A stretch of 57,740 nucleotides of DNA, the filler included, from Sphacelaria rigidula (lineage: Eukaryota), in the NCBI GenBank assembly GCA_964200075.2. It is 4 parts of 4 records of this genome, joined end to end, with 100 filler letters (N's around TTAATTAATTAA, not from the genome) between each part and the next. Parts side by side here need not be neighbours in the genome. Positions count along the whole stretch, not along the records: positions 28,926 to 43,283 come from CAXNAA020002294.1; positions 43,384 to 57,740 come from CAXNAA020002295.1; 2 more parts are not named here. One strand, 5' to 3'. This document shows, piece after piece, positions 39,406-50,200 of this stretch (position 1 is its first letter; each line of letters opens with the position of its first letter). The notes beneath the pieces were generated by a model. The model had not been told where the DNA came from. It saw only the letters and a list, made by a program, of their open reading frames with translations, and ran no database searches. The translations under genes were made by a program, and so were the position numbers.

Positions 39406-41781
39406 ATGGTGAATGTCCACGCGAGGGCGTGCTCCCGCGGGGGCTGCTCCAAGAAACCGTCGTTCGGGTTGGCGGGCAGCGGAAGGCCGGAGTTTTGCTC
39501 GCAGCACGCCGAGGATGGAATGGTAAATGTTAGCACCAAGACGTGCTCTCGTGAGGGCTGCTCCAAGCAACCGTCGTTCGGGTTGACGGGCAGCGGGAGG
39601 CCGGAGTTTTGCTCGCAACAGGCCGAGGATGGGATGGTAAATGTGATCGACAGGACGTGCTCTCACGAGAGCTGCTCCAAGCAGCCGTCCTTCGAGTTGG
39701 CGGGCAGCAGAAGGCCGGAGTTTTGCCCACAGCACGCCGAGGACGGGATGGTGAATGTCCAGGCAAGGACCTGCTCTCGCGAGGGCTGCTCCAAGCGGCC
39801 GTTGTTCGGGTTGGCGGGCAGCAAAAAGCCGGAGTTTTGCTTACAGCACGCCGAGGACGGGATGGTGAATGTCCAGGCAAGGACGTGCTCTCGCGAGGGC
39901 TGCTCCAAGCGGCCGTCGTTCGGGTTGGCGAGCAGCAAAAGGCCGGAGTTTTGCTTACAGCACGCAGAAGACGGGATGATAAACGTCAGAGCAAGGACGT
40001 GCTCTCGCCAGGACTGCTCCAAGCGCCCGCGGTTCGGGTTGGCGGGCAGCAGAAGGTCGGAGTTTTGCTCACAGCACGCCGAGGCCGGAATGGTGAATGT
40101 CCACGCAAGGACGTGCTCCCGCGGGGGCTGCTTCAAGCAACCGTCGTTCGGGTTGGCGGGCAGCGGCAGGCCGGAGTTTTGCTCGCAGCACGCCGAGGAT
40201 GGAATGGTAAATGTTAGCGCCAAGACTTGCTCTCGCGAGGGCTGCTCCAAGCAACCGTCGTTCGGGTTGGCGGGCAGCGGAAGGCGGCAGTTTTGCTCAC
40301 AGCACGCCGAGGACGGGATGGAAAACCTTCACGCGAAGACGTGCTCTCGCGTTGGCTGTTCTAAGCGACGGTCGTTCGGGTCGTCGGACACCAGGAGGCG
40401 GGAGTTTTGCCCACAGCACGCTGAGCGCGGAATGGTGAATGTTCGGTCCAAGACGTGCTCCCGCGAGGACTGCTCCAAGCGGTCGTCATTCGGGTCGGCG
40501 GGCAGCATAACGCCGGAGTTTTGCTCACAACACGCAGAAGACGGGATGGTGAATGTCCAGGCAAGGACATGCTCTCGCGAGGATCGCTCCAAGCGGCCGT
40601 CATTCGGGTTGGCGGGCAGCAGAAGGCCGGAGTTTTGCTTACAGCACGCGGAGGGCGGGATGGTGAATGTGATTGACCGGACGTGCTCCCACGAGAGCTG
40701 CTCCAAGCGGCCGTCTTTCGGCTTGGCGAGCAGCGGAAGGCCGGAGTTTTGCTCGCAGCACGCCGAGGACGGGATGGTTAATGTGAAGGTGAAGACGCGC
40801 TCTCGCGACGTTTGCCTCACGCAGCCGTCGCGCGGGTTGGCGGGCAGCGGAAGGCCGGAGGTTTACTCGCAGCACGCTAAGGATGGACTGGTGAATGTCC
40901 AGGCAAAGACGTGCTCCCGCGAAGGTTGCCCCACGCAGCCATCGTTTGGGTTGGTGGGTAGCAGAAGGCGGGAGTGTTGCTCCCTACACGCCGAAGAGGA
41001 CATCGTGTATCCTCAGACCAAGACATACTCCCGCGAGGGCTGCCCCACGCAACCGTCGTTTGGATTGGGGAGTAGCACGGGACGGGAGTTTTACTCACAG
41101 CTTGCCGAAGAGGGGGTGGTAAATGTTGGGGCAAGGACGCGCTCCCCCGACAGCTACTCCAAGCGGCCGTCGTTGGGGTCGGCGGTTAGCGGAAGGCCGG
41201 AGTTTTTCTCACTGCATGCCGAGGACGGAATGGCGAATGTCCAGGCAAAGACATGCTCTCGCGAGGGCTGCTCCAAGCGACCGTCGTTCGGGTTGGCGGG
41301 TAGCAGAAGGCCGGAGTTTTGCCCACAGCACGCCGAGGACGGAATGGTGACTGTAGTCGACAGGACGTGCTCCCGCGAGGGCTGCTCCAAGCGAACGTCG
41401 TTCGGGTTGGTGGGTAGCAGAAGGCCAGAGCTTTCCTCTCAGCACGCCGAGGATGGGATGGTGAATGTTGAAGTAAAGACGTGCTCCCGTGAGGGCTGCT
41501 CGAGGAAGCCGTCGTTTGGATTTGTGGGCAACAGAAAAATGGAGCTCTGCGGCCAGCACAGCGAGCAGGGGATGGTCGACGTCTGCGGCAGAAAAAACAT
41601 CCGACGAGGAGCCCGTCGTTCAGAACAACTGACGAGTTGCGCAAAAAAAACGAAACTTGAGATTGTTCTCCAACAATCCGACGATGAGGGAGAACCTACA
41701 GTACGGCCGTCCATGGCCGCAGAGCGCAATGTCCGAACAGGCTGCACTTTCCACCACCACCAGCACCATGAGGAGAACTAG
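39406..41781 (+). CDS. EsV-1-7 cysteine-rich repeat protein (19 x 38-aa C-x4-C-x16-C-x2-H repeats plus a 69-aa tail)
   Basis: Exact 114-bp periodicity; consensus MVNVxxRTCSREGCSKRPSFGLAGSRRPEFCSQHAEDG. This matches the EsV-1-7 / IMMEDIATE UPRIGHT repeat family of brown algae. Confidence 0.92.
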   Translation: MVNVHARACSRGGCSKKPSFGLAGSGRPEFCSQHAEDGMVNVSTKTCSREGCSKQPSFGLTGSGRPEFCSQQAEDGMVNVIDRTCSHESCSKQPSFELAGSRRPEFCPQHAEDGMVNVQARTCSREGCSKRPLFGLAGSKKPEFCLQHAEDGMVNVQARTCSREGCSKRPSFGLASSKRPEFCLQHAEDGMINVRARTCSRQDCSKRPRFGLAGSRRSEFCSQHAEAGMVNVHARTCSRGGCFKQPSFGLAGSGRPEFCSQHAEDGMVNVSAKTCSREGCSKQPSFGLAGSGRRQFCSQHAEDGMENLHAKTCSRVGCSKRRSFGSSDTRRREFCPQHAERGMVNVRSKTCSREDCSKRSSFGSAGSITPEFCSQHAEDGMVNVQARTCSREDRSKRPSFGLAGSRRPEFCLQHAEGGMVNVIDRTCSHESCSKRPSFGLASSGRPEFCSQHAEDGMVNVKVKTRSRDVCLTQPSRGLAGSGRPEVYSQHAKDGLVNVQAKTCSREGCPTQPSFGLVGSRRRECCSLHAEEDIVYPQTKTYSREGCPTQPSFGLGSSTGREFYSQLAEEGVVNVGARTRSPDSYSKRPSLGSAVSGRPEFFSLHAEDGMANVQAKTCSREGCSKRPSFGLAGSRRPEFCPQHAEDGMVTVVDRTCSREGCSKRTSFGLVGSRRPELSSQHAEDGMVNVEVKTCSREGCSRKPSFGFVGNRKMELCGQHSEQGMVDVCGRKNIRRGARRSEQLTSCAKKTKLEIVLQQSDDEGEPTVRPSMAAERNVRTGCTFHHHQHHEEN

Positions 41782-43283
41782 CCTTGCCCACACGGCTAAT
41801 AGGCTTGTCTCGGCGCAAGTCGCATGTGACGTGAATATCGCAGACGTGCCACTCTATGAGGGTGGAACGAACGCCAAGTCTGAGGTAATCGTCTTATAGC
41901 ATCCTTCGTCCGTCTTGACTTCGCATTGCGAGTAATTGGTGCCACGCCCGGTGAAGGTGGCACGCGATATACTACAGATGCATCGCAATGTTGTGCTTTC
42001 GTCGAGATCTGTCACTGCTACGTGGCAATATTTGTGGGCAGGCATCTGGCGAGTAGTAGGCACTTGAGAACCACGCTTTGATCGCGCAAAAATCTTTGTT
42101 CCTCGTGACTGGCAATACATGCATCTCTTGCTCCGTATATTGAGTATCGAAGTGTTCCAGCTCTTCGCTAATCTTGCATCCAAGAAACGTGCACATGTTG
42201 CTGTACCTGCAGGTGTACACGACGTGTGACTGGGCGATGGGCGCTTTGGGGGAGGGCAAGCGAAGGGTAGTATGCCATATTCTTCAATGGTCCCATTCAT
42301 GTGTTTGAAAGAGTGAATATTTCCCAAGGAGGACCGATGTGTTTGGGCAGGAAAATGGTTACTGTGCCATTCCGTGAGGCTTATTCACCACACCGGATAA
42401 CCCTGATGACCGTGGAGTTTTTTCACCTCTAATGGAACCCCAATATTTTGGCTGGATTACCTGATGTCCGTACAGAGGTTTTTCACCCGGGCCCCCCGTA
42501 TTTCAGTTATCGTAATTCAAATTTGAATGGCGTGAAGTAAGTGTAAAAAGCTACCAGTAGGTGAAAAATTGCTTAGTACATGTCGAAGAATTGGGGTGGA
42601 CACGAAGATTTTTATTTTCCGAACTATCAACCTCAGTAGGAAGCTCTATCCTCAATAGTGATGATCGACTGTTACTTCACACCACGCAAGATGATAACGG
42701 CAGTGCGATGACACTTTGGGGGTTGATCGAAGTCACTTGAAGAATATACTGAACCGAACGAACTGTTCGGGGAGGATCATCACGAGGATGCGGTCGAAAA
42801 CGTTCCATGACACATTCAGTGTGGTCGCAAAGGTTGGCCCTGATGGTGAAACCAAGCGAACAGATTTACTGCGTTGGGAGTTTTTGAACAGGAGATGGTG
42901 TCGAAGGTGCTGCTTACCGGCGAGAAAGTCCGAAATAATCCACCAAAGTGCTGCACAACCTGGAGAAGAGTAACAGGGAAGATCATGTTAGTGTAAATCT
43001 CGGGACTCAGCACACAGGCACAATCCACCGTGTTGCCGCCCTTATCCGACTCTGTGGGAGCACAGGTCACCGGGATGTTTGGGCCATACGGTAGACACCC
43101 TGACACCAAAAGTCACTCATACAGAATCCGCTGTAAACGTGTAGGCTAGACTGACGCAACTAGTCAGGTACTTGTGCCGACTCCATCCCACGAGTCGAGG
43201 TCAAAGACGCTCACAGAAAACAGTGTTTTCGTGAGATTGAGAGTAGATGATACGATTGAGAGTGGCTTTGATCATTCGCTTCA

Positions 43284-43383
43284 NNNNNNNNNNNNNNNNN
43301 NNNNNNNNNNNNNNNNNNNNNNNNNNNTTAATTAATTAANNNNNNNNNNNNNNNNNNNNNNNNNNNNNNNNNNNNNNNNNNNN
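43284..43383. other. Artificial contig linker
   Basis: N44-TTAATTAATTAA-N44. Confidence 0.97.
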
Positions 43384-43452
43384 TGCTGCGCCCACATATC
43401 CCGAAAGGGGTAGGCTGGCGCCCAGAATAAATGGGACGACAACACACACAAC
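43384..43452 (+). mobile_element. SINE 3' tail at the contig start
   Basis: GCGCCCACATAT..GGCGCCCAGAATAAATGGGACGACAACACACAC matches the tail at 7220-7290. Confidence 0.7.
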
Positions 43453-43919
43453 ATAGTTTCCCTGAAACCCTGTAGACGTGCCCCACAGGGTGCCATCTGT
43501 CCACGTGTGATATTTACAAATATTACTATTATCGTCACAATTGTCATTATTATTATTGTTGTACTTGTAATTGTAATTGTAATTATTATTTACTATTCGT
43601 TATGTGTCGCACTTTTAACTCCTCCACTTCCTCGGGATGAGTCCGTAGTTTCAAGGGATCAACTCATGTCTCTGTAGCAGCTAAAAGCGATCGTCAAACA
43701 GGCTTCTTAGATATGATCAGGCCGGGCTCGGTGAAGCGTCGGGAACAACTGTTGAAACATTGTCAGGTATCGCGTCAAGTCCAGGAGAGCATTTTTAACA
43801 TCGTCAGAGATGATTCCAGTCCGTTTAGAACAACTTCCCGACGGTTGTCCGATAATCGGTTTGTGTGGAACATGCTGTGCTCTAGAACGAATATCTACAA
43901 TAGAACACGCACAATGTGC

Positions 43920-44017
43920 AGCGCTGTGACGATTTACAGGCAACCGATTAGACTACCGTACAGTTAGCGCTGACAGTACGGTAGTCTAATCGGTTGCCAA
44001 TAAATCGTCAAAGCGCT
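43920..44017. ncRNA. Near-perfect 98-nt hairpin (candidate pre-miRNA or tiny MITE) downstream of the last identified haloperoxidase exon
   Basis: AGCGCTGTGACGATTTACAGGCAACCGATTAGACTACCGTAC pairs with GTACGGTAGTCTAATCGGTTGCCAATAAATCGTCAAAGCGCT with 3 mismatches. Confidence 0.45.
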
Positions 44018-44283
44018 CTGTCGGATCCTTGTATGTAATGAACGATATATGCGTGCCAATTTTCGTCGGATGTTGAACTTGTGGGGCATCAGCACTACCC
44101 CACTTTCATGTTGCTAAGGCATCATCACCATGAACAATCGGCAACAACAGGGGGCTTATCTTGAGTCGTTTCTAAAGTCACTCCTGATTTTCTTTACAGG
44201 TCAACGCCGAATTGTGGTTAATGACTTTGGTATCTTCAAATGTGAGAATTAGCTCAGTGGCGGCGTGGGGATGGGAGACTTAC

Positions 44284-47200
44284 AGCGTGAAGTATTCTGA
44301 CGGCGACGGTCTCTCCCAGCAGCATGCCCTCCGTGCTGTCGAACCTGTAGTGCACGCCGAGGTGATTCCTGCCAAGATAGTGCACACATCGAATAAAGAC
44401 CGAGTATGTGAGCTCCTTTGACTAGACGAGCCATCAAGGTACATACGCGCCTCTCGTACCATGGCACATAGCAGTGTGTTGCGGTAGTACCACATGCTAT
44501 GATGAATAAACTCAGAAGTGAATAACTGCCCGTTGGAATACCACAATGTAGAGCGTGTTAGGTGTTCACTCCGCACGTCATCACAGAATAAAGCGGTCGC
44601 TTGAATACACAGGAAATCAACTGTTTCATATACTAGCTGCTCTTTCCATTTCTCTGTCCAGTCTGAATAGACGAAACTTCAACTCTGCTACTTGAATGAC
44701 ACGACACGGTAGCGGGATACCATTGTTAACTATTTTCTCAAAAGCACTAGCGCGAGGTACGTCTTGTCATTGACCGCCAAACGTTGGAAGTATACTGCAC
44801 TTCAAACATTCGTGTCGAACAGTACTGTAGATACATTATAGAGCCGCGGTGTTAATCGTACACGGAAACTATCTTGAGCACGCATATTACAACGATCAGG
44901 TTGCCATTATTCTTCCAACCATGAAGATCCCCACCAGGCGGTAAAAGACACAAAAGTTGTTCCGCACGGCGACGGGAAGGCAAGCTGCAGCGCTGGTGTT
45001 TCTGGTGTGCCGTGTACAATTCGCGCATTAACCTTGCTTTACCTGCCAAAGGCGACGTTGGCACCCATCTTGTTGATCTCGCCCGCGAACGTCAAGCCCT
45101 GGGTCTGTTGGAGTGAGAGCGAGTTGCAGAAGGCGCCCGGTATAAGGGGTACGAGCAACGGCGGTGCACATGCAGGGTCAGGCTTGAACTGTTGCACATT
45201 TCGCTGTAAACGATATTCATTTCGTGTATGGCTGCAGCTGTGCTCGGAAATATTTGCTCCAACATAGGCGATCGCTTTGCACACTCTAGACGCATCGTGT
45301 AGACCGCAATGGGGATAGCCATCTGGGATATCCCGTGATGTGCATATCACGGACGGACATTTCAGGTGGACATTGGTATCCTAAGTTGATGGCACATGTG
45401 GACATATTTTCCCAGATGGAGGTGGCACGATAATGCAAGGGTTATCTATCCATTTTGGTCAGTTGTGCAACTGTTTTCAAGGAAATGAGGAAGGCTCCCC
45501 CATTTTGGTCCTTGCCCAACAGTGGTAGACGTAAGACATGGCGTTTTACGGGACACGATTGTCGTTTCAGACTCAATTGATGTACCTCCAAGCCAGTATC
45601 GGCATCGATACATCTCTCGTCAGCTGCTGGTGTGTAGGGAATCATCCGCTTCCCGTCAGGGTCGGCAACAATGAGATCGGGCACGCAGTAGTCGCCGCGC
45701 TCACCGCACATCGCCTGCTCGCGCAAGACAGCCGAGAAAAATGAAACATCACACACCATCCGTGAGCAGAGATCGTCGAAGCTGTGCTTAAAATCGAGCA
45801 AAAGACAGTGTTCAAACGCACTCAAGGCTGCTAAAACACACTGAAGCACGATTTTATACGCGCGAGCATGGACTCGTGGTGTATTGAACTGTGCACAAAT
45901 CTCCAGAAAGATTTTGGTGATGCCCTCAGACCTTCGCCTTCAACTATTCAGCACTCACCGCGAACCAAATCTACATATTTTTCTGTGTACGGCACGACGC
46001 ATGGGTCGGACGCAAAACGTGATGGACAACAACTATTTCTGAATTGTGTCATCAAGCGTCGAGTCAGAGTATATCCAAAAGTGACCAAAATCAACACGTT
46101 TGTTTCGCAGCCTAACCAAGCTGGGCATGGACTCATATTGTTTCAACAAAATGTAGCGGTAGCAGTGCCACTATGTTGTAGTACCTTGAGAATTGTCGCG
46201 TAAGCACCGTTCTGGACAGCGTGTCCCGCGGGGTAGGATGGATGGGCCGGAGACCCTTCGTTCAAGGCCTAGCGTGTCAACGAACAGGATGGTGAGCGGA
46301 GGGAAGAGAGGACGAACGCAAACATAAGAACGAAGTAGTTACCACGTCGAGGAAACGAAGCAATAAGGAGCAAGCGCAAGGTTCAACGACGATAAGGAGT
46401 TATGACGACACCTGCATGGGGTCACATGTCAATGGGAAAGGATGGGGGAAGAGGTACGGTACGACGAAGACGGCATGGAGACGAGCGGCAGGATTAACAA
46501 AATATGGGCGCGTATGATACCGTCCAGGCCAAAGTCTCGAAACCTTTCTCAATGATGTTGTAACCCGTGACGTTCTCCAAATCATTGTGTGTTGTACCCC
46601 GGGAATGGACGAAAACTCCAACTCTACAGTAGTAGCGTCTAATACTTCGCTCATGTGGCACATGCTTGACGGTAGACCATTGGAGCTGCGATCGCAATAG
46701 AATAAAGCGTAATGGGTGAGATCCACTGGCATCGATGAAGGTTATCGAAACCCAGCAATGACCATCGATTGACAGCTGGCGACATCCGTTGCAGCTGGCG
46801 AAGTCTACAGGCTAGCGCGCACTTCCGACCCAATAATCATTCGAGAGGGTCTCATTGAAAATGAGATTGAGCATTGCCATTAGGTTCGACTTCGAAACAG
46901 TGCTTTCGCTGACCTGAAGTCATCACAAGTGCTTAGCCTCGTCTTGATGTCCAAACTTATTTTCGAGGGGACTCTCTCATTCGAATGTTCATGCCGGTTC
47001 TTGGAGTTAGGGACACCATCAGAGGTATCTCAAACTCAGGGTTCACGGTACATTCAACAGCAGTTATCTCAAACTTCATATTCCCGGCCTTTTCAACAGT
47101 AATTGAACAAAAGTACCTCTATTGACAGCCGATCATCGAAATTGAGGATAAAACTTTTCGTTGAGGATTATGACCCGAGAAATTAAACTTTCGTATCCAC

Positions 47201-50200
47201 TCTAATACTTCGAAATATGGTTGCACTCCTTCACCTACTGGTCGCTATCGACAAGTACTACACGCCACACAAATTTAGATTCTGATAACCGGAAAAGTGG
47301 GGTCCTAGATGAGAACCAATTCTGGGGAATTTAGGTGATCCGTTCAATTCTTCGAAATATGGTTGCATTCCTTTGGCTGCTATTGACAGCTACTGCTAGG
47401 ACCCAAACTCCCCAGGTATTTTTCAACTAGGATTCCAGTATTTCGCCCATCGGAATCCCTCTTTGTATGGCGTGTATTAGGTGTCAATAGCTACCACCAG
47501 TAGGTGAAGGAATGTAACCATATTTCGAAAAATTCAAGGGATCATCCAATTTCCAGAGTTGTTTTTTCGCCTAGGATCCCAATATTTCAGTCATCGGAAT
47601 CCAATTTTCTAATCAAATGTAGTAGTTGTCAAAAGCTGCCAGCAGGTGAAGGAATGAAACGATATTTCGAAGAATCGCAGTGGATGTACGAAGACTTCAT
47701 TTCTCCGGGTTGTCAGCATCCTCAGCGAAAAGCTCCCTCCTCAATTTCGATGATCGGCTGTTATTAATGGAAATTTATTTTCAGACGGAACCTCCGATGA
47801 ATTCGGACAGTTTCCACTTTTCCCGCAAAAATGTGAGGGCAGGATCCTCATCCAGTTTGCGGGATATATCAAGTTTGAACGTCTGTTTCTTCGGAATGAT
47901 ACAGCGCTTGTCGGGCAAGGACAACGCGCATCGGGTATAGTAGCTCAACGACCCTGGACATTCTCGAGATAGCAGAACCGTCAGAAAAGCATGGCAGACA
48001 TAGTCAACGCAATCCAAAAAACTGGGAAACCCGAAGATCGGTCCAATAGCCGTTATGTGGCGCCAAAGTACTGAGTGTACACATCACACGCGGCCATTCG
48101 GCTACCCCCAAAAACACTCTGTTCCGGTCAACTTTTCGAGCCTCCAGAGGAATTAAGCGCCTCCAGAGGGTGCACGGCCCTCCAGAGGGGTTTGATCGAA
48201 CGCCTCCAGGGGCTGGTTTCGCCTCTCGCCTCTGGAGGGCCGCGCACCCTCTGGAGGAACTTGGAGGATGCGCAGCTCTCCAGAGCATCATATTTTTTGT
48301 TACTCTCCAGGGATTCAGACCTCAGAAGTCCCCGGAGCATCAGATGCCCTCCAGAGGATTTGATTTTTGACCGGAATTGAGTATGAAATACCCTCTAGTG
48401 GGTATCTTTATCCTCCGGAGGGTCACTTTGCCCTCCAGAGGATGAAAATCGCGATAGAGGATGTGAATGGGGGTAGCCGAATGGTCGTGTGTGATACGCT
48501 CACCCGCATTCAAGCATACACACGCAGACGCACGCAAACGCACACTGGCAATATATCAACACAGCGGCGGGTGACTTCATACCCACGCGCTTCCAGAGAC
48601 ATGCGGCGACGGACCAAGTTGCCGACTTTTGCCGTGGCTTTTCAAATACTGCCGCTGTACGTTTGTGCGTGTGAATGTGCGTGTGTGCATGTGCTTGCAG
48701 TCAGTGCTCAACACTGGATCCTGAAAATTAGGAACGGGATTCTTCTATGGGAATGAACTGAGGTCGAAATTGCAGATACTCTGGGTAAATAGTACCCTTC
48801 AAATGTGCCCCTCGAGGGGATGGATCTCATCACCTTCGAAGGTACGGTGGCTGAGGTCAAAAGCAGGCAAGTATGGAGCAGATGTTTTCCATGTGGGGTT
48901 CAGCTTTTCGTGGAGACTGAAGTGACGAGGGAGATTCGTAGAAAACACAAAAACGCAGGAGTATCGACCGCAACCACTTTAGTCCTGGCTTTATAAACGA
49001 AAAAATCAGCGGCTTCCTCAATACGAGTACTCAAAAGTAGACGTACGATGAAAAAAGCAGCTTTTCAAATCGGACGGGTGCTCTACACAGCACGGCGTGC
49101 ATCACGCTACGGATGCACGGAGTACGACCAAAGCTAAGTACAGCACGGTGCAGTGCAGTAACATGGTGTTGCCTTCTCTCTCGCTACACGCCGCGTGGTC
49201 GACTTCCTTTCCGGCTAAGTGACCTCCGGCTCGCAGCTCGAAAAATCAAAGATATGTTCCGCCTGCTTTTAAAAATCAAAGCTGACCCATTTTCACGGCG
49301 TAAGGCAAACCGCTCGAACGACTTCCACGGCGTAAGGCAAAACGTCACTCATAAATACTAACAAGGCAAACCGCCCATTTTTTCGCGTCCCCCCCCCCCT
49401 CCCTATCGTGGTATGCTCCGTCTCGAAAGGGATGCGTGGTCAATGGTCAAGCGACTAAGGCAAGCAACAAATGAGTACGCCCCCCCCATCATAGCATGAC
49501 TTGGACACCTCTCAAAAACATCGTGTCATTTGCAATGGGTAATGGTAGCCCACCCCCCGTGTTCTATTGGTGCAACGATAAGCCTTTGTTGTCTCTTTTT
49601 TTCAGGGTGTGCTGCATGGACACGGCACGTACCTGGGAGAGGAGATAGGTACCACCGCCCGCATCATTAACCTCGTTTTGAGCAGCGTTCGCTTCAAATA
49701 CCATGTCCAATAGCTCGGTGTTGCCAAGCAGCGAAGGGTGCACGTCGAAGTCGATGTAGTCGAAGCCATTGCCCGCGGTAAGGGCCCTGTGCACAATTCC
49801 TCCCATTGCCTCTGGTCGCAGCGTCATATGCACATGCCATTTTTGGTACCACGAGTTCCTGCAGTATACATGTTGTCCACGACATCGTGAAATTGTTGTA
49901 GTACGGTACATGTCGTTATGATTCCCCCACTGTCCCCTCTCTTCTCCGGAATGTACCTTGCGTTTTGTGGATATCGAGCATGGAATCACGCTTTGCGTAC
50001 CCCGTCATATATTATGAGATATGGTACTCAGTACGACGTTTTGCGAACTCTGATCACGACATTGTAAGACGAGAGACACCAGGAAAAAATCTACCGCCGG
50101 GATTCAAGTATGTGGAAGCCAATTAAACTGATGTTGTGTTGCGATCGATTGACTAGGCATGTGAAGACCGGAGCTCACGATGACCAAATGCCATTTTGTG

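Noticed and set aside
39406-41571. CRISPR-like periodicity
   Set aside because: The units are coding repeats without unique spacers, and the context is eukaryotic with no cas genes.
39270-41747. Many overlapping antisense and alternative-frame ORFs
   Set aside because: These are shadows of the GC-rich 114-bp EsV-1-7 repeats.
42402-42450. CTGATGA followed by a stem, resembling a hammerhead
   Set aside because: It is followed by GAAC rather than GAAA, and stems I and III are not evident.
43700-43900. Final haloperoxidase exon
   Set aside because: No phase-0 reading resembles the conserved C-terminus; the last exon probably lies beyond the contig end.
43650-46180. Apparent KDZ-like motifs in minus-strand ORFs (e.g. 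AFEHCLLLDFKHSFDDLC)
   Set aside because: The region resolves into haloperoxidase exons and introns; the motif-like text is intronic read-through.
49414-49478. HDV-like or hammerhead ribozyme reading of the 66-nt repeat
   Set aside because: There is no upstream P1 partner, no HDV-type L3 and no CUGANGA core; the putative catalytic C is absent in some copies.
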